Source: Octopus vulgaris (taxonomy: Eukaryota). From it: a stretch of 64,000 nucleotides of DNA. The position numbers and the translations under genes were made by a program. Of the stretch, positions 41,365 to 56,039 are shown in pieces (within the stretch, counting starts at the first letter, position 1; each line of letters starts with the position of its first letter). Location: assembly GCA_951406725.2 (NCBI GenBank), contig OX597816.1, forward strand, positions 65,286,001 to 65,350,000, given 5' to 3'. The notes under the pieces were generated by a model. The model saw only the letters and a program-made list of their open reading frames with translations. It was not told the DNA's origin and did no database searches.

Positions 41365-44065
41365 AGATGTGTGTGTATGTGTGAGTGTGTGCGTGTGCGT
41401 GTGTGTATGTGTGTGTGTGAGGCGAGATAAAAAAACAAAAAATATATGTATGTGTTAGTGTGTGCGTCTGTGTGTAGGCGTGTGAGGTAGGGCGAGACAG
41501 TGGTAGGCATAGCAGACACTGGTCAGTAGTAAGAAAAAGAAGGAAGGAGGAAGGGAGGGAGGGGAAGGGGTGGGGGCGTATGTAGCGTGCCAGCGTGTGT
41601 TGAGTAGTAGTGTGTGTGTGTGTGTCCAGTGTCGTGGTAGTATTAATGGCGAGTAGATTGAATGTGTGTAAGAGTAATGTATATATTTAAGCAATGTGTG
41701 TATATGTGTGCGCGTGTGTGTAACAAAAAAGGGGGGGTTAAGGAAAAAGGACTCCAGCTGAGGGGAAGATGGAAGAGTGGTCCCGCGGAGACGGGCGTGG
41801 GAAAACCCAACGACAAGCGACGGTCCCAGGAACGAGCGGGAGGTCTCGTCGGGTCCAAGAGCGAGGTGCATGCGGCGCGTATGCGTGCGCGAACCGGCGC
41901 AAGCGCGTGTGTGCGCGCGCCTGCGAGTATGCGCGTAAGTGTGTATGTGTGTGGATGTGTGAGTGTGTCTGTGTGTATGTCTGGGTGTCAGTGTGTCCGA
42001 TGAAATGTATGTGAGTATGTGTGTATATATGTGTGTGCATAGATGTATGTCCGTGTGTGTGTGTGTGTGTATGTGTATGAGTGTGTATGTATGTACGTGT
42101 GGGTGTGTGGAAGTGTGTGTATGTGCATGTGTGTGCGCGTACATACAGGTGTGTGAGTGAGTGTGTGTGTATGTATGTGTGAGTGTGTATGTATGTGTGT
42201 GTAGGATGCATGTATGTGTATGGGTGTATGTATGTGTGTGTGTATGTATGTATGTGTACGTGCGTATGTGTGTGTGTATGCGTGTAGGTGTGCGCGTGTG
42301 CATGCATGCATGTGCGTATGTGTGTGTGTGTGCATGTGTGTGGGTATATATGTATGTGCGTATATGTGTGTGTATGTGCGTACATGTGTGTGTGTGTATG
42401 CATATGTGTGTATGTAGGTGTGTAGGCGTGTGTGTATAGGTGTATGTATGTAAGTATGTATGGGTGTGTCCGTGTATGTGTGTGTATGTATGTGTGTGTA
42501 TGTAGGTGTGTGGGCGTGTGTATATGTGTGTGTATGTAGGTGTGTGGGCGTGTGTATATAGGTGTATGTATGTATGTCTGGGTGTGTCCGTGCATGTTTG
42601 TGTGTGTGTGTGTATGCATGTGTATGTAGGTGTGTGTGTACGTCTGTAATGTATGTGTGTATGCGTGTGTGTGCGTGTGTATGCGTGCGTGTGTGTATGT
42701 AGGTGCGTGTGTATGTGTGTGGGAGTGTAGGTGTGTGTGTGCGTGTGCGTGTTTATGTTGGTGTGTGCGTATGTGAGTGTGAGTGTATGGGTGTTTGTCA
42801 TGCATGTGTGTGCGCGTGCAGGTGAGTGTGTGTGTAAGTATGTGTGTGTGTATGTTTGTGTGAGTGTGTATGTGTGTATGTCTGTGTGTATGTATGTGCG
42901 TATAGGAGTATGTAGGTATGTGTGTGTGTATGTGTATGGGTGTATGTATGTATGTGTGTGTGTGTGCATGTGTATAAGTATATGTGTGTGTGCGTATGTG
43001 TGTGTATGTGTATGTGTGTGTGTTTATGTATGTGTGTATGTATGTGTGTAGGCGTGTGTGTGTAGATGTATGTATGTATGGGTGTGTGTCTGTGTGTGTT
43101 TGTGTGTGTGTGTAGGTAGGTGTGTGTGTCTGAGTGAGGGTATGGCTGTGTAGGTGTGTGTGTGTATGAATGTAAGTGTGTGTGTGTACAAGTGTAATGT
43201 ATGTATGTAGGTGTGTGTGTGTGTGTATGTGTACGTGTGCGTGTGTATGTGTGTGTGTGTATGCGTGTGAGTGTGAGTGTATGGGTGTATGTCTGTGTGT
43301 GTGTATGTCTGAAGTAGGTATGTGTGTGTATGTATGTATGTGTGTGTGTGTGCGGGTATGTGTGTGTCTGTGTGTATGTGTGTGTGTGAGTAGGTGTGCG
43401 TGTATGTATGTGGGTAGGGATGCATGCGAGTGTGTGGGTATGTATGCATACATACGCACGCGCACATCCGAAGCAAGCCCACACACACGAAGCGCGCTCA
43501 CGCACACAACGCGCAAGCAGTACAACGCAAGCCCAAGGGGCCGACCAAGCCCCCAGCGCGCGCCAAGGCGCGCGAGCGCAAAGGCCCTCGAACGCCCCGC
43601 TACGCGGGAACCGAGGATCCATCAGCCAAAACCGGAAAGCAGAAAAGTGGGGGGGCTGCCTGGATGCAAAAAGGTGTATGTGTGTGTGCATTCAGTGTAA
43701 GGGTGTGCATGTGTGGGTATGTATGTATGTGTGTGCCTACATGTATGTGTGCATGTGTGTGTGTGTGAAGTATGTACGTGCGGTGTGTGTGTGTGAGTGT
43801 GTGTGTATGTATGTGCGTATGTATGTGTGTATGTATGTGTGTGTATGTATGTCTGTGTGTGTGTGTGTGTGTGTGTAAGTATGTATGCGTGTGTGTATGT
43901 AGGTATGTGTGTGTGTGTGTGCATGTTGGTTTGTATGTTAGTGTGTGCATGTATGTCTATAAGTGTGTGTGATTAAATGTGTGAATCTATGTACGTAGAT
44001 GGGTCTACGTATGTGTGTGTGTGAACAGGCGTGTGGGAGGTAGGTGGGTGGGTGTGTGTGATATA
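41365..44065. repeat. 2.7-kb highly degenerate (TG)n/(TATG)n tract
   Basis: Irregular TG-rich sequence with GC-rich patches; yields the 500-600 aa His/Thr pseudo-ORFs. Confidence 0.85.
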
Positions 44066-44794
44066 TATATACGACGAGATTCTTTCAGTTTCCGTCTAAC
44101 AAATCCACTCACAAGGCTTTGGTCGGCCCGAGGCTATAGAAGAAGACACTTGCTCAAGGTGCCACGCAGTGGAACTGAACCTGGAACCATGTGGCTGGTT
44201 AGCAAGCTACTTACCACACAACCGTCATTTAACCAACCAATCATCTAGTTTTACTCGATTAGACTCCTTACCCAGCTTTCAATATGGCCGACATTAAAAC
44301 AAACAGGCATACAGAGACTGCTTTGGCTGAAGCAAAAAGCAACCCAGGCAGAACGATTGTATAAATATTGTAGCTAAACAGTAAAGGGGTGAAATATAAT
44401 TGGAGTGTACATCTTATTTATAGTGCGTGTGCGCACGCGAGTCATTGAACACACACATGTAAGTTTGGTAGAAAAACTAGCATGTCGATAAATATATGCA
44501 TGCATGTGTGTATGTGTATGTGTATGTGTGTGTGTTTCTGTGTGTATGTGTGCATGAATGTGTGTGTGTGTGTGTCTTCATATTCATAGGTATATATTGA
44601 TATTTATACTCAACTTCATATATGTTTGATGTGTGTATATGTTTTTTTTTACTTCGGTACGTACTCATGCGTGTATGCGTGTATGTGAGTGTGTGTGTGA
44701 ATTTGAATATGCATATAACTAAACAAACAACACAAATACACGCATAAAAATATACCTTTGTTAAAGTGTGTGCATGTGTGCTTATACGCATATC

Positions 44795-44885
<91 letters not shown>

Positions 44886-45825
44886 CACACTTATGTTTGC
44901 ATAGGCACTGGAAAAACCTAGATCTCCTCATCTCGATTGAAACCACTTAGTGAAGCACCAGGCTGCCAACATATGGTTCATTGTAAGACAAGGAGTACAG
45001 GAAGTGGCTGGTATCCCGCCAAATCTGAATTTATTAAAGCAAAGACTTCTTGGAGGAGTTACTTTGAAACACTTGGCTGGTAGCCAGATTTCTTGAATCA
45101 GACAAATTGTAAGGTTCGCCAGAATCTTCTATATTCTTCTTTAAAGTACAAGAGAGCATCTCGGAGATTTTGTTTTAAACTATTTCTGAAAATATAAATC
45201 AAGTATGAAGGTGTTTCTTTCTTCCAGTAGACTTAAGCTTATCTTGTGCACGCCGTACATTTATAGGGAGAGAAAGAGAAAGGGAGAAGAGAGGGGGAAA
45301 CAGAGTTGAGATAGAGAGGGAAGCAAAATAGAGATAGGCTGATAGGAGTGAGAATCACATTTCTGTAAAGGCGGCAAGTATAGGGGATATACGAATGTGT
45401 ATGGGTTGTGTTTTACGTATGCAATTTTCTCTCCCCATCTCTACAAATCCGGTTTCTACGTTGTTGATCCTCAGTTGCCTTATGACCAAAAACCTGAAAC
45501 TCTGTGTGGTGACGTAAAATAAAACAAGATAAAAGAACATACGCAGTATTATATCGCATTTGTTATTTTATTCTTTTATTCTTTTACTTTTTTCAGACAT
45601 TTGACTGCGGCCATGCCGGAGCACCGCTTTGAAAGGCTTTAGTCGAACAAGTAGACCCCAGGGCTTATTTCTTATGCCTAGTACTTATTCTGTCTATATC
45701 TTTTGCCGAACCGCTAAGTTACGGGGACCTAAACACACAAGCATCAATCGTCCAGCGGTGATAGGGGACAAATACTAACACAAAGACGCACACACATAGT
45801 ATATACATACATACACACACATACA

Positions 45826-46726
<901 letters not shown>

Positions 46727-46727
<1 letters not shown>

Positions 46728-47962
46728 CTTAGAAAAGACTTAGATATGTTTCGACCAAGGATTGGTCCAGGCCATGTCTAACTTAATAGCACCACTTGAT
46801 AGGATTATCTAAATCCTGTTTAAGTCAAGTTTTGTTTAAGGTTCATTCAAGTAGTGAGTTTTTGTTGGGTGAGTTGTATCCAATTATGGGTGGCTTATCT
46901 GGTATTCCATGAAGGAATCTATCCAGACTCCGTTTAAAGTTGATGGATCCTTTTCCTCTTTGATCTCTTTCGGGACAATGTTAAATAGGGCAAGGCCTGT
47001 TGAGGAAAAGAAATTATGTTGCAATGTACATGTATACTGTGATCTTGAATTGGGCAGGGGACGTATGGCTCGTGGTCCCAGTCTTAGATGAATCTTGAAG
47101 CTAATGTTCAGGTCGTTTGGGCAAAGTATATTCTCCACATCATACAAATGATGTACCGCTCACGGCGACGCTGGAGAGAGTAGAGTTTCAAGGCTTTAAG
47201 GCGGTCCCAATAATCGAGAGCAGCCATGCCTTCAATTCGTTTAGTGAGTGCCCTCTGGGGTGATTCAATCCTCGAGATGTTTTGTCTTGTATGAGGAGAC
47301 CACAGTGGGCAGCAGTATTCGAGGTATGGCCGTACAAAGGAGGAGAAAAGTGGTATGATGACACCTTGTTCTCTGGACCGGAAAGTTCTTAAGATCCAGG
47401 GACTCATCCTACGAGCTATATCGACCTTATTGTTGATGTGTGCACTCCAACTGAGATCGTCATCAACAATTACACCCAGGTCTCTGATATTGTTAGAGGC
47501 TGTGAGTGGTTCCCCTGAAGGAAGAGAGTATGGATGTTTTAGTGAGGAATTTCTTCCAAAATGCATCAGCTCAAATTTTCCCTCGTTCAGTTGCATTTTG
47601 TTTCTGTCTGCCCATTGACTCACAGCATATAGATCAGACTGGAGTTGAGTTCGATCAGCTTCTTCATTCATGATTTGCTGGAGCTTAGTGTCATCAGCGA
47701 ATATTTTCACTTTGCAGTAATGTACGACACTGGAAAGGTCGTTTATGTAAATTATAACGAGTAGCAGGCCCAAGACACCGTTTGTGACTTTTGCTAGGCT
47801 TGAGGGGACTCCATCAACTACATGTTGTGTTCTTTTCGCCCGGAAATACTTAATCCAGTGTAGAAGTTTTTCACGGATTCCAACATTTGCCAATTTTGAG
47901 AGTAAGATATTATGGTCAACCCTGTCAAACGCTTTACTGAAGTCAAGATATATGACATAAAG
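46727..47962 (-). mobile_element. 5'-truncated CR1-group LINE (RT domain to 3'UTR), degraded
   Basis: VIYLDFSKAFDRVDH, IYINDL, FADDTKL, RDLGVIVD..LSWSAH, VRPYLEYCCPLWSP, LYSLQRRRERY; both ends in (TA)n. Confidence 0.92.
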
Positions 47963-47965
47963 AGT

Positions 47966-47999
<34 letters not shown>

Positions 48000-48006
<7 letters not shown>

Positions 48007-48742
48007 CTGAAATGCGTTTTACCGCTTGGATCGCTTTCAAGGCCACTACATCCCGTCCGATTTACTCCAAAATGAGGTGACGATGCCCGTGGGCTACCTT
48101 AGAAATCCCTATCTTAAAAAGGTGTCGTTGCTAGGACCAAAAACCCACTTTGACAAGTCCACATCCGTTCTTTAATGTATCTGTCTTCCTCAACTCACTC
48201 TCGCTATTTCCTCTCTTCCCAGCACTTTTTCACTCACTCTATTTCATACATTCCCATTACTTTCACTTCCTCAAACGGCCTTCTTTTATGTATCTATCTG
48301 CATTCATAGAGAGAATTACTATCGCCACAACCAACACACAATCATGACAACAAATATTATTAATCTCGCCATCGCATTCTATTGTCTGCCTGTCAACGCG
48401 CCGATCGAGCAAATACAAACAGAACACGTCAACGAGCGTTCGTGTTCTGGTGATAACGTATGTTTTTCGTATCTATTACAATTTAACATTTATTTAGAAC
48501 CCTGCAAATTTTTCGTGCTAAATTTTCAGCTTTTACTACTTTATTATTTTTTCTTAAATTGATGCTTTTATTAAAATTAATTCTAATTGTCTGGGTCAAC
48601 AGTTCGTTTCCTCGGAGGATATGGAAATTCCTATTACCCGTCAGAGAAATAACTCCAGCAGCTCACAACTATTTCAACAAAGACAAGGTTACCTGCTTAC
48701 CAGTCGAATTCAGCGTCAACGCTCACGTGTGAGAGAGACTCC

Positions 48743-48834
<92 letters not shown>

Positions 48835-50019
48835 GTGTGCATTATGTGGTCGGTTGAGCTGAAAATATGCAGACCTATGTTAAAAGTGTTGGCAAGTTTG
48901 CATGACAATTATTTTTTTCCTCAAATGAAGGGCGTCACCTCTAGGACAAAATTCCTCATCTTATAAAATGTGGCCCCAGTAGACCCGAATGAAATCGGGT
49001 TATATTAACCAAAATGTGAAAAGGGGTCTAAATGGGGCTGGAAGGGGATTAAAATTTAAAGGAGCGGGTGTTTAGGAATTCTCTGTTACATCAAGCTAAA
49101 AAATTTGCGCCAGCCTTTTAATCGTCAATGTGTTGCCGTCCATGTTGAAGAAGTTTTGAATGCTTGCCATGGTAAGTCTACTGTCGTGAGAAAGAATCAA
49201 TTCAAAACTTTGTGTTTAGGGATTTTCTTTTACATCAAGTTCAAAATTTTACGCCAGCCGTTAAACTGTCAAAACGTTGCTGTCCGTCGTTAAGAAATGC
49301 CAGCCATGGTGACTCTTCTATCCTCAGATTCTATCCCTTCAAACTTTGGTTTCCAATATTTTATTATTTTTATTCAGCTCGCAAGTTCGTCTGTCCCTTT
49401 TGAATGTTAGTGTTTTGCTGTCTGCCTTGAAGCAGACCTTTCCGTTATTACTGCCTCATATTTATGATTGATCTTTCTAAATATTTTATTTCTCAACTTA
49501 CTCAAGATCTTTTGTTGTTTATAAATGGGAGAGAGATAGATAAAGATAGAGAGTAAGAGAAAGCGAGGGAGAGTCCGAGAGAAAAGAAAAGTAAGAGAGT
49601 GGGAAAGTGAGAGAGAAAGGAGAGAGAAACAAAGACGGAGAATCATCATCATCATCATCGTTTAACGTCTGTTTTCCGTGCTAGTACGGGTTGGACAGTT
49701 TGACCGGGGTCTGGGAAGCCAGGAGGCTGCACCAGGCTCCAGTCTGATCTGGCAGTGTTTCTACAGGTGGATGACCTTCCTAACGCAAACCACTCTGTGA
49801 GTGTAGTAGGTGCTTTTTTCGTGCCGCCGGCACAGGTGCCAGGGGGACTGGCAGCAGCAACGATCGGTTGGTGCTTTTTACGTGCCACCGGCACAGAAGC
49901 CAGTCAAGGCGGCGCTGCAATCGGCCACGTTCGGATGGTGCTTTTTACGTGCTGAAAGGAAGCAACAGAAAGTAAGAACCACACTCTTACCCGCGCGTAG
50001 AGCGGGTCACCTTCAGCTA

Positions 50020-50020
<1 letters not shown>
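48000..50020 (+). mobile_element. Probable non-autonomous Helitron
   Basis: 3' hairpin ACCCGC-gcgtaga-GCGGGT (49989-50007) then CTAG|T (50017-50021); 5' boundary uncertain within the TA run at ~48000; internal duplication ~49071/49216. Confidence 0.55.
49641..49952 (-). mobile_element. Nin-domain-like SINE fragment with (GAT)n tail
   Basis: Minus tttgcgttaggaaggtcatccacctgtagaaa (Nin-like GGCGTTAGGAAGGGCATCC); three internal ggtgctttttacgtgc repeats; ends ttaaacgatgatgatgat. Confidence 0.65.
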
Positions 50021-50054
<34 letters not shown>

Positions 50055-50057
<3 letters not shown>

Positions 50058-50178
50058 TAAATGATTAATGCTGAAGACAGAGTGTACTAGACATTTTATT
50101 TACGACAACGATCGTTTCGGCTTACTTCTATACTGCTCCCTAGTGGGTGGGGAACGTTGAAATGGAATTGAATGTATC

Positions 50179-50181
<3 letters not shown>
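50055..50181 (-). mobile_element. Short probable PLE pLTR fragment between (TA)n tracts
   Basis: Minus CC-GAAA-CGATCG-TT-GTCG = 3' half of a minimal hammerhead with palindromic stem III; 5' core absent. Confidence 0.4.
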
Positions 50182-50272
<91 letters not shown>

Positions 50273-50327
50273 GATTTTTTTCCGTAATGAGATAAAAACC
50301 AAGGTTGTGTAGAATTTAGAATATTTA

Positions 50328-50395
<68 letters not shown>

Positions 50396-50427
50396 TAGAT
50401 AGACAGACAGACAGATAGATAAAAAAT

Positions 50428-50458
<31 letters not shown>

Positions 50459-50521
50459 TGTAGATGTATGCACACATGCATACACATATACATACATATA
50501 TCTATATCTACTTATATGTAA

Positions 50522-50564
<43 letters not shown>

Positions 50565-51515
50565 CATATGAACTTATACACCGTTTATATGGGAGTGGAA
50601 ATACATTAATATTTATATGATAGTTATATGTGTACGCATGTGTGTGTTTGCGCCTATGTACACCTATATGTATGTATGTCTGTGCCTGTATATACAACAA
50701 AAATGTATATGGAATTGTGAGTGTATGTGTGTGTGTGTGTGGTTTGTGTGTGCGCGTGCGCGCGTGCATTGCGCTGCCAAACAGTTATTTCCAATAGTTT
50801 CTCACCTCAAACTCCATCAAGGAAATACTTTGCGACTAAATTACATTTTGTTTTACCACCAACCTTCAATACATTATTTATTTGTCTTGGTATCTTTCCG
50901 CTGGCTAGGAAGGCATCTCAAGTTATAAACGTCTGTTGTTTCAATACAGACTGCCCTAAGTATTTCTATTACTAATTCTCCTACTTAACATTTGAAATGC
51001 ATTATGTAAATAGTCTTATCTGCAACTGTGTTCTTCGATGATTAGAGCTCACGGTTGTTAATATAAGGAGTCGCATATATATTATCCAGTTCACCGAGGA
51101 TTTCGCTGGTAAACTGACTTTCCTAGAAGCTATATATTATTTGCACAGATGGTTAGCTAATTTGACGCGGCGAATGAAGCCCTGAAGTGTTCAGTTACTT
51201 AACAATCAGGCGGAATCAGCGAGAATACATACGGGCTATTGACGGATTTATTTATCTTGTTGGCGTCAGTATTGTTACTGTTTGGCGAAGTTCTTTCCAG
51301 CTTACCGAGTGAATAATGTGAAATTATATGTTTGAGTGTGTGAGCTTCTATTAAATTTGAAGTGTACAAACGAAAGTGCATCGATGTGCACGAGACAAAT
51401 AATGTCAAGTATTATAATGTAAATAATTGGTAAAAATTAAACGTATAAATATACTGTTGGCCGGCTGAGTTCGGCTAATATTCCTTCCTATGTGGGTGAG
51501 CACTTATGCACATGC

Positions 51516-51561
<46 letters not shown>

Positions 51562-51811
51562 TTCTACAGGAATACATACAACCAGAAATAAAAACACAGT
51601 CACACACTAATACACCAACGCAAACAAAATGAGTGAATATGGCAGCAGTCGGAAGGAACATACACGGTTACGGTCCATCCCTGTACTGCAGACATTCTTT
51701 TAGTGTACCCATTTATCTCTGTGTATGTTTACACTATAAACACACATACACACGCATGCACGCACATACACACGCGCACATACACACACATACACACGCA
51801 CACATATACGC

Positions 51812-52363
<552 letters not shown>

Positions 52364-53505
52364 AACTGTTAATATGTACATACAAACATACATACATGTA
52401 TACACTCATACATACATACATACATACATACATACATACATACATACATACATACATACATACATACATACACTTACATGTATACAGTGATACCATAACT
52501 TTGTATACAGAGTAATAAGGCAACGTTAATTTAACTTGTAAAAACTTCATGAAAAATTATCCAAAATAAATGTACGTTTTTCTCAGTATTTCAGATGCCT
52601 TTTGGTGCATATCACTGATTCCATCCGAATAGGCATGGGTTTGATTAAATTGTTAATTAAAAACTGAGCCAGCTTTACCCACCATTTAACTCTGTAATTA
52701 ATGAAACCATCGATGTTCTCATGCATATTCTATTAGATTTAGTATCGGTGCTTTGGGCAAATCATTTCAGTTATTCCATTCCATGAGATTTTTCCAGGCT
52801 TGTAATCCATGGAGATAAACCTTCCTGAAAATGGGTAATTTTCTTATCAATTCCAAAATTAAAGTTGACTGAATAATAAACACTTTTCAAATATTTAGCA
52901 GTATTTTGAACATTGGAAATGATTTGCGTGGAAATTAGCTCTGAGTTGCCTGTCTCACAAACACTTTTCCCCTATACAATGCCTCCAACTCTTTAATATT
53001 TAACTGTTTCTTGCAAACAATCTGGCTCCCTAGAGTGAAAAAATGGCTGAATATTCTTTCATCGTTCATTGTCAGAAACTTTCTCCTGCTCCTTAGGTCC
53101 CGTTTTTAACGATAGCAATGCCTCCTCCAATCCACCGCTCTGTTATATCATTCACTATTTCATAATTGATACCGTAAATTTAAACTATTTCTCGATTGGG
53201 CTTTCCACATCAATATTAGCTGATCACTTAACGATGTATAAGTTCATCGATATCCTTTTTCATCAATGGTTTTCATTGTTGTTGTTTTTTTATCAAATTA
53301 AATTTGCAATTAATCCAAGAACGCAATTTAAATTCTCACATTTATCTACAAAGAAGATAAATCGTATCTTAGAAAAAGAAACTGGAAAAAATCAATGAGT
53401 GGTTAAAATTTCTTTCGCAGGCACCTGTGCATGTGTGTGTTTGTATGTGTGAGTGTGCGTGCATGTGTGTGTTTGTGTGTGTGTACGTGTGTGTGTGCGT
53501 GTGTG

Positions 53506-53579
<74 letters not shown>

Positions 53580-53580
<1 letters not shown>

Positions 53581-53866
53581 CTTTCTTTATTGGCCACACA
53601 GGGCTGAATACAGAGGGGACAAATACAAATGTAGAGCTTTTCTTTTCGAAGATGGAAAAAGAAAAAAAGGAAACATATGTAAAATTCCGATCAAAAGGGA
53701 TCGGGAAAAAAGGAAGAAAAGAAGGAGAAAAAAAAAGGAAAGAAAGAAAAAAGGAAAAAAAGCGATCAAAAGGGATCATGTGTCACAGAAACAATTTTTT
53801 TTTTACAGTAAGAAACAATATTAGGTTCATCCGTGGGAAGAAAAGCCTACAGAAAAGACCACGGTA
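53580..53866 (-). mobile_element. 3'UTR fragment of a LINE (probably L1/Tx1 group) inserted in (GATA)n
   Basis: T-rich UTR on - strand ending tgtcccctctgtattcagccctgtgtggccaataaagaaag; GATA repeats on both sides; no coding part, clade is inferred. Confidence 0.55.
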
Positions 53867-53900
53867 GATATATAGATAAACAGATGGATAGGTAGGTAGG

Positions 53901-53999
<99 letters not shown>

Positions 54000-54452
54000 G
54001 TTATCTGCTCTTTTTTTCTGTTACGTGAAATGTTTATTCTATTTATTAATTTTTTTTTAATTTTTTTTTTTTTTGCTTTTGCTTTTAACTATTTAGTCTT
54101 CTAGTTTATGTTGGTGCATTGTATATTTCGTAACATTACGTTGTTTACATAACCTGAAATGTGCAAGCATACAAACATACACACAGAGAATAGTTGAACT
54201 CACTTGTATCACTGGTTACGAGTAAGTTATGCTTCTTTCTGTACATTCTTTATTATGCTCTTTAATCTAGAACGTTACATAACAGCTGTTTTATTATTTT
54301 TTTTATAATACTGTAATATATCTATTCATACAAGTTACTTTGACATGTTGTTTAGCAACGATTCATCTCTAAGCGAGTACTTCTAAAATCAGTGTATTTC
54401 TATAATGACTGTCCAAATGTTTTGCTTTTTCTAAACACACTATATGTAGGAC

Positions 54453-55012
54453 TTTTATGTCAGGTCACTTTCGAGTGCTACTGGTAACGTGAAACCCAGT
54501 ACAACCTGTTGCATGGTCGGGTCGTCGGCGACTAAACCGGCAACACCACCAAGCTTGCTTGGTGAGGAGGGTGTTTATTGGACACCCTGCGGGATGAAAA
54601 ACAAAACCCGTCAAAGGGCGGAGGAACTCTTGAGAGTCAATGGCCATTCGATAAATGACTTAAGGATGTATCATGCGCGGAGACATAGAAATAATCGGAC
54701 TGAATACCCGATCGCGCGGTTAAACCATTGGGAGTGAAGGACTCCTAGCCTTCGTTAGGGCATCCTTCTAGGAGACGGTAACTCAGGTAACTGGAATAAC
54801 TCTGACATAAAACCTGCGGCTCAGTGGTTACCGGTGAGGTTGACTTGTTCTTCTTTTCGGATTATGGCTGCTGTTGCTTAGTGAGTGGGATTGACTCAGT
54901 GTACAGCCTTTCCTCACTTTAAAAAAAAATCTTCTTGCACAGGCATTGCACGATAACAACATTGATTAAGCTTCGTGCAATGGCCATACTCGATAACGAG
55001 GGAGTAGCCACC
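54453..55012 (+). mobile_element. Non-autonomous RTE-like retroelement with TSD
   Basis: ATATGTAGGAC direct repeats at 54442-54452 and 55013-55023; RTE 5'UTR-like taggagacggtaactc..ataaaacct; no ORF. Confidence 0.7.
54463..54540 (+). ncRNA. HDV-like ribozyme candidate (slightly decayed)
   Basis: P1 GGTCAC/ATGGTC, J1/2 hairpin, P2 CCAGT/ACCGG, P3 ACA/TGC, L3 ACCTGT, P1.1 GG, P4 in GTCGTCGGCGA, J4/2 CTAA. Confidence 0.55.
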
Positions 55013-55111
55013 ATATGTAGGACGTCATCATTCCCAGGTTAGAAGTGATTAAACAGATCTATAACCAAAATTAACTACCCCATCCATCTCTTGGACGTTG
55101 TGTACCTAGGG

Positions 55112-55325
55112 CTCTTTACTCTTTACTCTCTTTTACTTCTTTTACTTGTTTCAGTCATTTGACTGCGACCATGCAGGAGCACCGCCTTTAGTCGAGCAAA
55201 TCGACCCCAGGATTTATTCTTTGGAAGCCTAGTACTTATTATATCGTTCTCTTTTGCCGAACCACTAAGTCGCGGGGACGTAAACGCACCAGCATCGGTT
55301 GTCAAGTGATGTTGGGGGGACAACA

Positions 55326-55379
<54 letters not shown>

Positions 55380-55543
55380 CGTCGGGCTTCTTTCAGTTTC
55401 CGTCTACCAAATCCCCTCACTAGGCTTTGGTCGGCCCGAGGCTATAGTAGAAGACACTTGCCCAAAGCGTCACGCAGTTGGACTGAACCCGGAACTATGT
55501 GGTTGGTAAGCAAGCTACTTACCACTCAGCCACTCCTGCGCCT
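55112..55543 (-). mobile_element. Full-length CORE-like tRNA SINE
   Basis: Reverse complement of the 22205 copy. Confidence 0.9.
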
Positions 55544-56039
55544 ATGACTACGTTATCTAATATTTCTCTTGTGTTTCCAAGACAAGAGACCGTCATTTAA
55601 ATTATGCTTGGCTACTGATTCTAGAAAAGAAATCGACTCTATAGATTCTCACTCGTTTGTTTATTTGCTGGCGGTCCATTATGTTTATATGTATCATCAA
55701 CTTCTAGTTTACATCTTACGGATTATTGTTGAAGTCTTACATCAGCACAATTAGTATCTTCTCTTAATTTAGTTGAAATCTGATAACTTTCATTTCAATA
55801 TTCCGTACTTGTAACACAAGCAATACAAAAACTGTTCTTACACTACTTATCGGTAACATTGTTATTATCTTCATTATTAATAGTGTCATCATTATTGGCA
55901 TTAACATCACCTATTCGCAGAAGCATCAAATAAATTTCATCACACTCTTTATAGCTATGAATTCTTACTATGTCACTAAGTCAACTAATACCCGCTGATG
56001 GAGTACGTCTATTACCTCTATGATATAGAGTCCCCGACA

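Noticed and set aside
41455-43691. Long ORFs of 504, 595 and 297 aa
   Set aside because: His/Thr/Tyr read-through of (CA)n-type repeats with no domain content
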